A DNA stretch of 64,000 nt from an uncultured delta proteobacterium (GCA_963706295.1 CAVPLW010000022.1:46437-110436); one strand, 5' to 3'; shown: positions 45,269 through 54,776, counted from the first letter of the stretch. The notes: a model not told the origin generated them from the sequence alone. A program made the numbers and translations.

Positions 45269-48017
45269 ATGGACAAAAAAGAGTTTATCAAGCAGATAGA
45301 AGTTAATGGGAGAAATTACAGTATCGCGGATATCACGTTGCTGGAGAAAAAAGGAATCGCCGATATCAAACGACTTCCGTTTTCCATCAAAATACTGGTT
45401 GAGAATCTGTTAAGAAAATTCGACGGTCGGACGGTGACGAAACAAGATATCATAAATATCGCGCAATGGAAAAAATCATATGACGAACCTGTGGAAATAC
45501 CGTTTCATCCGTCCCGTGTACTGATGCAGGACTTTACCGGCGTTCCGGCAGTGGTCGATCTGGCTGCCATGCGGGATGCGGTCAAAGATCTTGGCGGAGA
45601 TCCCATGAAGATCAATCCCCTGGTTCCGGTAGATCTGATTGTTGATCACTCCGTGCAGGTGGACCACTACGGCACAAAAGATTCTCTGGAAAAGAATGTC
45701 GCCAAAGAATACGAGCGGAACGGGGAAAGATATGCACTCTTAAAATGGGCTCAAAAAAGCTTTGATAATTTCAGGGTCGTTCCGCCGAATTCCGGGATAT
45801 GCCACCAGGTGAACCTTGAGTATATCGGCCATGTGGTGATGGCCCAAAAACAAAACGGCGGGTGGGCAGCGTATCCCGATACGTTGGTCGGCACCGATTC
45901 ACATACCACCATGATTGACGGCATCGGTGTGGTGGGATGGGGGGTTGGCGGCATCGAAGCAGAAGCCGTCATGCTGGGACAGCCCTATTACATGTCGATC
46001 CCCCAGGTCGTGGGTGTCCGGCTGGTGGGCGAACTCGAGAAAGGGGTCACGGCCACCGACCTCGTACTGGTCATCACCGAACTTCTCAGAAAACACAAGG
46101 TGGTTGAAAAGTTTGTCGAATATTTCGGCCCGGGGATGAAAAAGCTCACTATTCCTGGCAGGGCCACCATTGCAAACATGACCCCTGAATACGGTGCCAC
46201 CATGGGTTTTTTCCCGGTGGACGAGAAAACCGTTGAATATCTTAAACTCACGAATCGAGAAGATCGAGCCGTTCTTACGGACACATACACCCGCACCCAG
46301 GGTCTTTTTTACACCGGCGATGAAACGCCGGAATACTCTGAAGTGATCGAAGCTGGATCTTTCTACGGTAAAGGCTTCGCTGGCCGGTCCGGCCAGACCC
46401 CAGGACCGAATCGAGTTACAGGATTTAAAAGGTAAATTTGCCGAGGTTCTGGGATGTGAATATGACCGAAATGCGGAAATAAGCGCCATGTCCACATTTC
46501 ACGATGAATCGGGCTGCCAGACCGCCAGGCCGTCGTCCTGCAAACCCATTGACGCTAAAAAGTGTGCGGTGAATATCAACGGAAAAGAAGCAACCATCGG
46601 CAACGGGAGCATTGTGATCGCCGCCATCACATCCTGCACGAACACCTCGAACCCTTCTGTCCTGATCGGTGCAGGGCTTCTGGCCCAAAATGCCGTGAAT
46701 AAGGGATTGAAGGTTCCGGATTATGTGAAGACGTCCCTGGCGCCGGGATCCAAAGTGGTCGTTCGATATCTGGAAGCCGCCGGCCTGACCCCTTACCTGG
46801 AGACGCTGGGCTTTCATCTGGCGGCCTTTGGATGTACCACCTGTATCGGAAACAGCGGTCCCTTGCATCCGGAAATTGAAAGGGCCATCGCTGAAAACGA
46901 ACTGACCGTGGCTTCGGTTCTGTCGGGAAACCGAAATTTCGAGGCCAGAATCCACCAGAGTATCAAAGCCAATTATCTGGCATCCCCCCTGCTGGTGGTG
47001 GCATTTGCCATTGCCGGAAGGATCGATATCGATTTGATCATGGAGCCCCTGGGGTTCGATGGAGACGGAGAGCCGGTCTATCTGAAGGATATCTGGCCTG
47101 GTGATGATGAAATTGACCGTCTGGTCAAAAAACACGTTAAAAAAGAGTTCTTCAAAGAGGAATACGGTAAGATCTTTGACGGAGATCGATTCTGGCATTC
47201 TTTGAGTGTCGCGGAAAGTACAACGTTCGAGTGGGATCCGAAGTCCACCTACATTAAAAAACCGCCTTTTTTTGAAAATTTCAGTCTGGATCAGCTCAAA
47301 ACTTCGGATGTGGCGGATGCCGGCGTGCTGTTACTGTTAGGAGATTCGGTGACCACAGACCATATTTCTCCCGCGGGCGCCATACCCGCCGAGTATCCTG
47401 CCGGAAAGTATCTTATCAGTGAAAATGTCGTTCCCGAATCATTTAACTCGTATGGTTCGCGAAGGGGGAATCACGAGGTCATGATGCGGGGAACGTTTGG
47501 TAATATCCGGATTAAAAACAAACTGGTATCCCCTAAGGAGGGAAGTTTTACACTCAAGTTCCCGGACAAAACGGAAATGTTTATCTACGATGCGGCCATG
47601 GAATACATTCAGGAATCAAAACCTTTGGTGGTTTTGGGCGGCAAGGAATACGGCACCGGCTCTTCCAGGGACTGGGCTGCCAAGGGAACGGCTCTTCTGG
47701 GAGTCAAAGCGGTGATTGCAGCATCGTTTGAAAGGATACACCGGAGCAACCTGGTCGGGATGGGCGTGCTGCCTTTGGTGTTTAAAGAAAATGAGAATCT
47801 GGAAACCCTGGGTCTGACAGGCTCGGAGACTTTCTTCATTGAAGGCATCGCAGATATTCACCCGAGAAAGGAACTGTCCGTAAAAGCGGTTAAAGCGGAC
47901 GGAAAAGAAATTTCTTTTGAGGTTATCGCCCGACTCGATACGGAAATAGACGTCGACTACTTTATCAATGGCGGTATTCTTCAGTATGTGTTGCGAAAAA
48001 TTTTTGCCGAACAATAA
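45269..48017 (+). pseudogene. acnA: Aconitate hydratase A, split by a +1 frame change at about 46349-46352
   Basis: The N-terminal ORF (track 45251-46435) is AcnA-like up to ...[10 protein letters not shown]. The sequence [29 protein letters not shown]... continues in the +1 frame and joins track ORF 46488-48017, which carries the Fe-S ligand motifs ITSCTNTSNP and GCTTCIGNSG. ATG 45269 is the likely start. Confidence 0.85.
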
Positions 48018-48078
48018 TACCATCATTTCAGCCTTTGATTTCGTTCAAATTTAAAAACAGATTGAAAAGGAGAACGCA

Positions 48079-48582
48079 ATGGAAGAAAATACCACGCTGG
48101 ATATATTAAAGCAGGCGATTTTGCTGGAACGAAGGGGCAAAGCATTTTATGAAAACATTGCCGAAAAGGCCAAAAACAAGGCGGTTCAAGAAGTTTTTGA
48201 CATGCTGGCCAAGGAAGAACAAAAACACATCCAAACGCTGTCCGAGCAGTTCAAGGCATATCGTAAAGACAAAAAATTCATCTCCGGCGATCTTTATGAA
48301 AAAGACACTGGCAACGTTGCATCCAAGGTTTTGACACGAGAAATCAAGGAGAAAATCTCGGCGGCCGGGTTTGAAGCTGCTGCGATCTCCGCGGGTATCG
48401 CCATGGAGGAACGCGCGGTAAAACTCTATTCCGAAAGCGCCAAAAATGCTTCCGATCCAGAAGCCAAAGCCTTATACGAATGGCTTGCAACCTGGGAGCG
48501 CGATCATTTGAACATGCTGATGGATATCGACAAAGCGTTAATGGAAAAAATCTGGTTTGATAATAAATTCTGGCCTTTTTGA
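48079..48582 (+). CDS. Ferritin-like / rubrerythrin-family protein
   Basis: LERRGKAFYENIA...AKEEQKHIQ...MEERAVKLY...WERDH show the four-helix-bundle ExxH-type motifs, 167 aa. Confidence 0.8.
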   Translation: MEENTTLDILKQAILLERRGKAFYENIAEKAKNKAVQEVFDMLAKEEQKHIQTLSEQFKAYRKDKKFISGDLYEKDTGNVASKVLTREIKEKISAAGFEAAAISAGIAMEERAVKLYSESAKNASDPEAKALYEWLATWERDHLNMLMDIDKALMEKIWFDNKFWPF

Positions 48583-48783
48583 TTTACCCTATTATGGTTT
48601 GGTTATAAAAAAATAAGATCAATGATTCAGCCGCTGACGATTTTAAAAACCGTGAACCTAATTTTTTTATACCCAGCCGTTGCTTGACAATGCGTTTTTC
48701 GTAATTAAACATAAAATATGGCAACTTTATTAATGGAATAAGTTAATAAACAAACAATATTCTAAAATGGGAGGGACATTATT

Positions 48784-49003
48784 ATGGCTTATACCTGTAA
48801 AAATTGTGGTGCGGTGGCGGATGCGCCCGGGCATCTGTGCAACCCCTGTGGCGAGGCGGAAAATTGTAGTTTTTGCGGATCTCACAAGGCAGAACACTCG
48901 CATATGTGCAAGGATAAATTGTCCGCATGAAATAGTATGTGGCGGGTGTGGCCGTGTGGCCATGGAAGAGAACCATCTCTGCAAACCTACACCCATCGGA
49001 TAG
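48784..49003 (+). pseudogene. Small Cys/His-rich protein made of three CxxCG-x8-10-H-x-C repeats, with a +1 frame change between repeats 2 and 3
   Basis: ATG 48784 (RBS GGGAGGG) gives MAYTCKNCGAVADAPGHLCNPCGEAENCSFCGSHKAEHSHMCKDKLSA-TGA (48928). The +1 frame continues ...CPHEIVCGGCGRVAMEENHLCKPTPIG-stop (49003). Repeat 3 (IVCGGCGRVAMEENHLCKP) closely parallels repeat 1 (YTCKNCGAVADAPGHLCNP). Confidence 0.6.
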
Positions 49004-49012
49004 TCGATTATT

Positions 49013-49057
49013 AAAGATAAAAAATGCGGCAGAATGTTACGTTAAGCATTCTGCCGC
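49013..49057 (-). terminator. Rho-independent terminator of the radical SAM gene (may also serve the convergent small gene)
   Basis: Perfect 11-bp stem GCGGCAGAATG-N10-CATTCTGCCGC (49026-49057). On the minus strand it is followed by ATTTTTTATCTTT. Confidence 0.7.
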
Positions 49058-49182
49058 AAGAATTTCCTGTTATAAACCACCCTAAAAAATCTTATCGGTG
49101 ATGAAATTTTTCGTTAATTATTAGAACAAAAAGATGGACAATCTCGGGATGAAAATCTCTACGCTTTAAAACAAAAAGACTA

Positions 49183-50832
49183 TCATAAAGTGCTTGAAAA
49201 ATATTGCGATAAAATCGTTCCCCTGATTTGAATCCCTTTCAGCCGTTGAATGAACTTTTTGGATAGTTCCGATGAAATCCTGTGTTCAAAAACATCCCCT
49301 TCCGGGGTTATCCCTCTTATTTTGCCATCTTTTAAAAACATCTGAAGAAGCTTTACTCCGGTTTCCATCCGGTCTTCCAGATTCCAAATCAGGCGATTAT
49401 TCATTGAAACGTCGGGAATGTTAACACCCTTGTCGTTTAGAAGTTTTATAAAATTAAGGATTCTTCCCAACCTGAGAAGGGTAACCGATTCTATCCTGGT
49501 GGTGGTGTGTGATAAAGGAAAAGCACTGGAGCGCATGAGAGAAAATGTATCGGGAAGTATATTAAGTTGCGAACACAATTCAAAATCCTTGCTTCCGGGA
49601 GCCGGGTAGAAAACGGATACGCCGGAAAGCACTCTTCTTTGGGCGAGAAAAATCAGGTCTGACAGGGAATCCTCTGCGTTTTGGAATGGAGCCCCGACAA
49701 TCACATACCCCACGGCGTTAAGACCGTATTTTTCTGCAAGATCAAGCACGTTGTCAAAAGCTTCCCGAACATCAGGTCTGTTGAACCGTCTGAGCTGTAC
49801 CTCGGATATCGAGCCCAATGATAAGTTCAGGGTCTTGAAACCGGCTGCTTGCATGGCACACACCAATGCTTCATCCAGGGAGGTTGGAAGAAGTCCGTTC
49901 ATGGCTCTGAGTTCCAGCCCGAACCCGTGGAAACGGTGTTTTATTTCATCCAGAAGGTTAAGGAACCATTTTTTGTCAAGAGAAAGATTTTCATCTTCAA
50001 ATTCGATAAACCCGGCGTTAAATCGGGTTACGGCCATTTCGATTTCTTTAACTACGGATGTTACGCTTCTTCGACGGTAGGTCACATGGGACGATGCACC
50101 CACGGCACAGTATGTGCATTTCATGGGGCACCCCCGGCTGGCGGTGATCACGGCACTTCCTTTGGCGCCCCGTTTGTAAAAATGTTGCTTTATCAGATGG
50201 GTTGCAGGCAAAGGAAAATGATCCGGGACAATCATTGCGGCAGAGTCATTGAGTTGAAGGGTTCCGTCGTCTTTGCGAAAAACAATCCCGGGTATTGAAG
50301 CATAATCGGCTCCTGTTTTGAGTGCCCTGGCAAGTCGCGGCATGGATACTTCGCCTTCTCCCCTTAAAACAAAATCAACCGCTTTATTCTCCATAACACT
50401 GATGGGCATGGAGCTGGGATGGTGACCGCCCAGTACGATTTGGCATTCAGGATGAAATTTCTTGACGGACGCTGCAACGCTTAAAGCATCTTCAACGTAA
50501 GGCGTAAACAGGGCGGAAATTCCAACCAGAAACGCCCCGGAATTCTTGGCAATTTTACCGATGTATTCGAAACTGTATCCAAAATGTCGATAATGATGAA
50601 ACAGCCCAAAAGGAGATCGATCCGGTTTTGGGTAATATTCTCGGAGATAATTCATTTCCTGCGGAAGGTCGATAATTCGGGATTTGGAAGTGGCAAGCCC
50701 GTCAAAGATTTCCACCGAGAACCCCTCTTCAAGAAGAACTGCAGCAATACATGCAAGCCCGTAAGGAATCGTTCTTTTTGATGTAAGATAAAAATCTCTC
50801 ACTGGCGGCTGTATGAGAAGAATATCCGTCAT
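49183..50832 (-). CDS. B12-binding-domain radical SAM protein
   Basis: 549 aa. The N-terminal Rossmann-like B12-binding region (ILLIQPP...GLACIAAVL...VGIS...LGGHH) is followed by the radical SAM motif CPMKCTYCAV. Confidence 0.85.
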   Translation of the reverse strand: MTDILLIQPPVRDFYLTSKRTIPYGLACIAAVLLEEGFSVEIFDGLATSKSRIIDLPQEMNYLREYYPKPDRSPFGLFHHYRHFGYSFEYIGKIAKNSGAFLVGISALFTPYVEDALSVAASVKKFHPECQIVLGGHHPSSMPISVMENKAVDFVLRGEGEVSMPRLARALKTGADYASIPGIVFRKDDGTLQLNDSAAMIVPDHFPLPATHLIKQHFYKRGAKGSAVITASRGCPMKCTYCAVGASSHVTYRRRSVTSVVKEIEMAVTRFNAGFIEFEDENLSLDKKWFLNLLDEIKHRFHGFGLELRAMNGLLPTSLDEALVCAMQAAGFKTLNLSLGSISEVQLRRFNRPDVREAFDNVLDLAEKYGLNAVGYVIVGAPFQNAEDSLSDLIFLAQRRVLSGVSVFYPAPGSKDFELCSQLNILPDTFSLMRSSAFPLSHTTTRIESVTLLRLGRILNFIKLLNDKGVNIPDVSMNNRLIWNLEDRMETGVKLLQMFLKDGKIRGITPEGDVFEHRISSELSKKFIQRLKGIQIRGTILSQYFSSTL

Positions 50833-50943
50833 TGTGCTTACCCGGAAATTTTCGGCTACTATGGACGCCGTGCTTATAAAAACTCAAGTTTGACGGCTTC
50901 GTAAAAAGTCCAAATTTTGCGTTGCGCAGCATTCCACGTCCTG

Positions 50944-51219
50944 TTAAATTCTTGCTACGTGAGACGGCAGAGCCGATTTAACAGGGAAAGTCACTCTAAA
51001 AGGCGAGATGAACCTTGACATCGTCCGGATCCACGCTCTGATGGGAAATGGATGTGGTTTTTGAATCCCCTCCGGGTCTGCAATTCTTCTCTCGCGAATG
51101 CCGGTCCGCTGAACAATCCAATCATCTGTTGTGTCCAGGCCCATTTTCTGTAAATCAAAATTCGTCAAGATGGTTGGAGGTAAATAAGAGCCGGTTCCAA
51201 TAATTCTAACAGTATCCAT
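50944..51219 (-). pseudogene. fabH: Remnant of a fabH (3-oxoacyl-ACP synthase III) gene: only the N-terminal ~47 codons are recognisable
   Basis: [47 protein letters not shown] is a textbook FabH N-terminus. The sequence then degenerates (fragments TTS...VDPDDV in another frame) and only about 380 nt are available before the next gene. Confidence 0.7.
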
Positions 51220-51384
51220 ATGTCATTCAATTGAGTCTGGGATGAGGTTGCACTTAACTCTTACCTAAATTGAGCGTTATAAATAGTGACAGATCAATAA
51301 AAAATCTTATTGCCTTGCTGACGGTTAGAATGCATAATATTTAAGCATACCCAAAGGACGTATCTCAATCTGCGATGAATTCGT

Positions 51385-52002
51385 TTAGAGGTTCACAAGC
51401 GCCAAAAGGTCTTTTTCCTTTTTCATCGCCATTGTTTCCATTTCTCTGACCTGTGCTGAAAGTTTTGAAACGTATGATGTGTCTGTTATGGATTTTAAAT
51501 TTATTTTTACGTTGTACAGTGCGCCCAAGATGGCTGTTCTGGCCATCATGACGGCCACCAGTCCGTCGGTAACGGCATTGGGGTTGCCTTTTTTCAGCAC
51601 GATTTCCGCAAGTGACATGACCTCCAGTGTTTCAGACGCAACCCGCAGGGGGACTTCGGCAGCGTGTTTCAATGCCGCCTGAATGGCCCTGGTCCTGGTT
51701 TTTGCTTGGGCTTCATTATTCTTTGGCATCTTAAAGGATGAAATCACCTGGTTATATGCCTTAGAATCCCGATCAATACATCCGGATAATTTTTCCCGGA
51801 ATGCGGCAGCTTTTCCGGAGATCTCTTTCATTTCTGTTTGGGTTGCTTCAAATCCCTTTCCGCCGCCGGTGAGATTGGCAACCATTTCCACGAGACCGGC
51901 CGCAGAGGCCGCTGCCAGGGCTGAAATACTGCCACCACCCGGGACCGGATCACTCGAGGCGGTTCTGTCTAAAAACGCATTTAATTTCATTTCAGTCAAC
52001 AT
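51385..52002 (-). CDS. Cyclodeaminase/cyclohydrolase family protein (formiminotetrahydrofolate cyclodeaminase / FTCD C-terminal domain-like)
   Basis: LNAFLDRTASSDPVPGGGSISALAAASAAGLVEMVANLT is the family signature. ATG 52002 (MLTEMKLNAF...) is the likely start rather than 52092. Confidence 0.85.
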   Translation of the reverse strand: MLTEMKLNAFLDRTASSDPVPGGGSISALAAASAAGLVEMVANLTGGGKGFEATQTEMKEISGKAAAFREKLSGCIDRDSKAYNQVISSFKMPKNNEAQAKTRTRAIQAALKHAAEVPLRVASETLEVMSLAEIVLKKGNPNAVTDGLVAVMMARTAILGALYNVKINLKSITDTSYVSKLSAQVREMETMAMKKEKDLLALVNL

Positions 52003-52090
52003 TATATTTCCCCTAAAACGTTTCGAAAATTCTACAATCTGCAACTTTATGAAAAAATAGAACATTTTTCGATGCTTGAACGCTTGCCTC

Positions 52091-52187
52091 AAAATGGAAT
52101 ATTGGAATATTGGAATACTGGAAGGTTGGTTTTTATAAGGATATTACCCATTATTCCATTTTTCCAGCATTCCATCATTCCAATTGT
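52091..52187 (-). repeat. Intercistronic inverted array of 8-nt-periodic TGGAAT repeats (long imperfect hairpin) between hutU and the cyclodeaminase gene
   Basis: The plus strand carries TGGAATAT-TGGAATAT-TGGAATAC-TGGAAGGT (52095-52126), an about 25-nt spacer, and then the inverted copies CCATTTTTCCAGCATTCCATCATTCCAATTG (52156-52186). Confidence 0.7.
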
Positions 52188-52199
52188 GAGCGAAGCGAA

Positions 52200-54245
52200 C
52201 TAACTTGTATCCAATGTATCTAATACGAGTTTTTCGATCATTGCTTCGTCGGGAATAAACGGGAGCGTGATGTGATTCCGTTCCGGGTCATCCAGGTTGA
52301 AAGCGATGCTGGTTTCAATGGCGTTTTGATTTCTGGCCCAGGCCCTTCGGGCGACACCACCCATGACATCCCATGTTATGGCCCGGCGGATAATATTATC
52401 CACATGGTCACTCCCATCCAGGACCAGACCAAAACCGCCGTTAATGGCTTTTCCGATGCCCACACCACCACCGTTGTGCAGTGAAACCATACTCATACCC
52501 CTTGAGGCATTTCCTGCAAAGCACTGGATTGCCATCTCTGCCATAACATTGCTGCCGTCCTTGATATTGGCCGTTTCCCTGAAAGGCGAATCTGTTCCGC
52601 CTGTGTCGTGATGATCCCGGCCCAGTATAACAGGGCCGATTTCACCTTTACGGACCATGTCATTAAATTTCAGGGCAATCTTCATCCTGCCCGGGGCATC
52701 CTGGTAAAGGATTCTGGCCTGGGTTCCAACCACAAGGCGGTTTTTCTTTGCATCCCGGATCCATATATAATTGTCTTTGTCCTGAAAGCGTCGCTCTGGA
52801 TCGATGCAAGACATGGCGGCCTGATCGGTCTTTTCGAGGTCTTCGGGCTTTTTGGTGAGGCAAACCCATCGAAATGGGCCGTAACCATAGTCGAACATCA
52901 TGGGCCCCATGATATCTTCCACGTAGGATGGCAGGATAAATCCTTCCATGGCGTCCTTGCCGTTCTTGCAGATTTCCGTGACACCCGCATCAAAGACAGC
53001 TTTTAAAAAGCTGTTACCGTAATCAAAAAAGTAGGTGCCGCGGTTGACCAAGGTCTTAATGAGTTCGTAATGACGCCTCAGAGAAATGTCCACCATCTTT
53101 TTGAATCCGTTGTGATCGGTCTTTAGCATTTCAGTGCGTTGTTCGAATTTCAGGCCTTGAGGACAATAGCCGCCGTCATATGCTACATGGCAGGACGTTT
53201 GGTCAGAAAGGAGATCTATGGGAATATTGTTTTTTACCGCATATTCGAGCAGGTCGACGATATTACCGCAAAAAGCGATGGCGATGCTGCTTTTTTTCTC
53301 TTGGTATTCCTTTGCCAAAAGGAAGGCTTTGGCCGGTGTATCAACGATTTTGGTTATCCAGCCTTGATCGTGTCGGGTCCGGATTCGAGAGTCGTCAACC
53401 TCAGCAATAATCCCTACCCCCCGGGCTATTTCCACGGACTTTCCCTGGGCGCCGCTCATGCCCCCTAGACCGGAAGACACAAACAGGTGTCCGGAAAGAT
53501 CGCTCTCGGCAGACGTCCCAAATTTTTTACGAGCGGCGTTCAGGATGGTACTGTAAGTCCCATGAACGATCCCCTGTGGACCAATGTACATCCATCCACC
53601 GGCGGTCATCTGGCCGTAGTTGGCCACTCCCAGTGCAGCTGCCCTGTGCCAGTTTTCCTGGTCGTCAAACATTCCCACCATGAGGCCGTTGGTTATAATA
53701 ACTCGCGGGGCATCGGGACTGGATGCAAAAAGACCCAGCGGGTGACCGGACGAAACCACCAGTGTCTGCTCCCGGGTGAGTTCTTCCAGATAGCGCTTGA
53801 TCAATAGATACTGCATCCAGTTCTGACAAACCTGACCGGTTTCGCCATAGGTGACCAGTTCGTAAGGGTAGAGCGCAATATCAAAGTCCAGGTTGTTGTC
53901 TACCATCACCTGTAAGGCGCGGCCTTCAAGACATTGTCCCTTGTATATATCAATGGGAAGACCGGTGATCCTGCCGGGAGGTCTGAAGCGGTAACCATAA
54001 ATTCTGCCGCGTGTCAGTAATTCGTCGAGAAATTCGGGGGCCAACATATCGTGCCAGTGCTCAGGGATATATCTGAGGGCATTTTTTAGGGCCAGGACTG
54101 TCTCACTTTTTGAAAGCGAAAAATGTCTCTTGGGAGCCCTGCGAATGTCATCGACAAATTCCGGCATGTCGGGCAGTTCATCCAATATGCTTTCAAGCTT
54201 TATGGTCATTGCATTCGATGCATCGATATTATGGACCATTTTCAT
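52200..54245 (-). CDS. hutU: Urocanate hydratase (long, ~680-aa form)
   Basis: GGWMYIGPQGIVHGTYSTILNA, GLGGMSGAQ and the overall sequence are typical of urocanase. Confidence 0.9.
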   Translation of the reverse strand: MKMVHNIDASNAMTIKLESILDELPDMPEFVDDIRRAPKRHFSLSKSETVLALKNALRYIPEHWHDMLAPEFLDELLTRGRIYGYRFRPPGRITGLPIDIYKGQCLEGRALQVMVDNNLDFDIALYPYELVTYGETGQVCQNWMQYLLIKRYLEELTREQTLVVSSGHPLGLFASSPDAPRVIITNGLMVGMFDDQENWHRAAALGVANYGQMTAGGWMYIGPQGIVHGTYSTILNAARKKFGTSAESDLSGHLFVSSGLGGMSGAQGKSVEIARGVGIIAEVDDSRIRTRHDQGWITKIVDTPAKAFLLAKEYQEKKSSIAIAFCGNIVDLLEYAVKNNIPIDLLSDQTSCHVAYDGGYCPQGLKFEQRTEMLKTDHNGFKKMVDISLRRHYELIKTLVNRGTYFFDYGNSFLKAVFDAGVTEICKNGKDAMEGFILPSYVEDIMGPMMFDYGYGPFRWVCLTKKPEDLEKTDQAAMSCIDPERRFQDKDNYIWIRDAKKNRLVVGTQARILYQDAPGRMKIALKFNDMVRKGEIGPVILGRDHHDTGGTDSPFRETANIKDGSNVMAEMAIQCFAGNASRGMSMVSLHNGGGVGIGKAINGGFGLVLDGSDHVDNIIRRAITWDVMGGVARRAWARNQNAIETSIAFNLDDPERNHITLPFIPDEAMIEKLVLDTLDTS

Positions 54246-54509
54246 ACCTCTTTTAGGAAAAGGGTGGGTAAATTTTATGGATTACTGCACCAATGCTTTA
54301 TATACCACAATTTTCGATCCAGAGACAGGGCAACCTTGGATTATCACGAAGCTTTTGAGCAAATAAATATAAACGAACCAGATCCAAACGTCCATCCGGG
54401 TTAATTCTTGACATACAGCCTGAACATTTGTAATTGTTTCACAACATGATTTTGCCTTTAATAAATTAAAACAACCCGACCCCTGAAATACTTAAGAAAA
54501 GAGAAGAAA

Positions 54510-54776
54510 ATGGAACTTGATCAAATAATGGAAGCATATGGTTTCAAGATATCATCGAGCTGCAGTGGTTTCGAGTGGTATGTCAAAGAAGTCGAGTATA
54601 AAGGAAATGACGCCTTTGTCACCATCACCGCCGATGATGAACTTCATTTGCCTGAATCCGTGGACGAACCGGTTGTTGTGAATATCACAGACCACAATTC
54701 CGGCAATGAACTTGAAACGCCTCAGCGTTTTGAGTCTCTAAAATCTTATCTGGATACGCTTAATCCTCCATCCTGA
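54510..54776 (+). CDS. Hypothetical acidic 88-aa protein
   Basis: Isolated ORF with a possible sigma-70-type promoter (TTGACA-N17-TAATTG at 54408-54436). I recognise no family. Confidence 0.5.
   Translation: MELDQIMEAYGFKISSSCSGFEWYVKEVEYKGNDAFVTITADDELHLPESVDEPVVVNITDHNSGNELETPQRFESLKSYLDTLNPPS

Noticed and set aside
46344-46346. The TGA in the second acnA frame as a recoding or Sec site joining the two halves.
   Set aside because: Upstream of that TGA the second frame reads [10 protein letters not shown], which is not aconitase-like. The aconitase sequence is in the first frame until about 46349, so a 1-nt frame change is required, not stop-codon read-through.
48928-48930. The TGA ending the 48-codon Cys-rich ORF as a selenocysteine codon.
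   Set aside because: Read-through in the same frame gives NSMWRVWPCGHGREPSLQTYTHRIVDY, which has no resemblance to the repeat unit. The +1 frame reproduces the CxxCG...HLCxP repeat almost exactly, so a frame change explains it better than Sec.
52091-52187. The TGGAAT tandem repeats as a CRISPR array or minisatellite.
   Set aside because: The units are only 8 nt with no spacers, and the second half is the inverse of the first. No cas genes are present. It is a fold-back repeat, not a CRISPR array.
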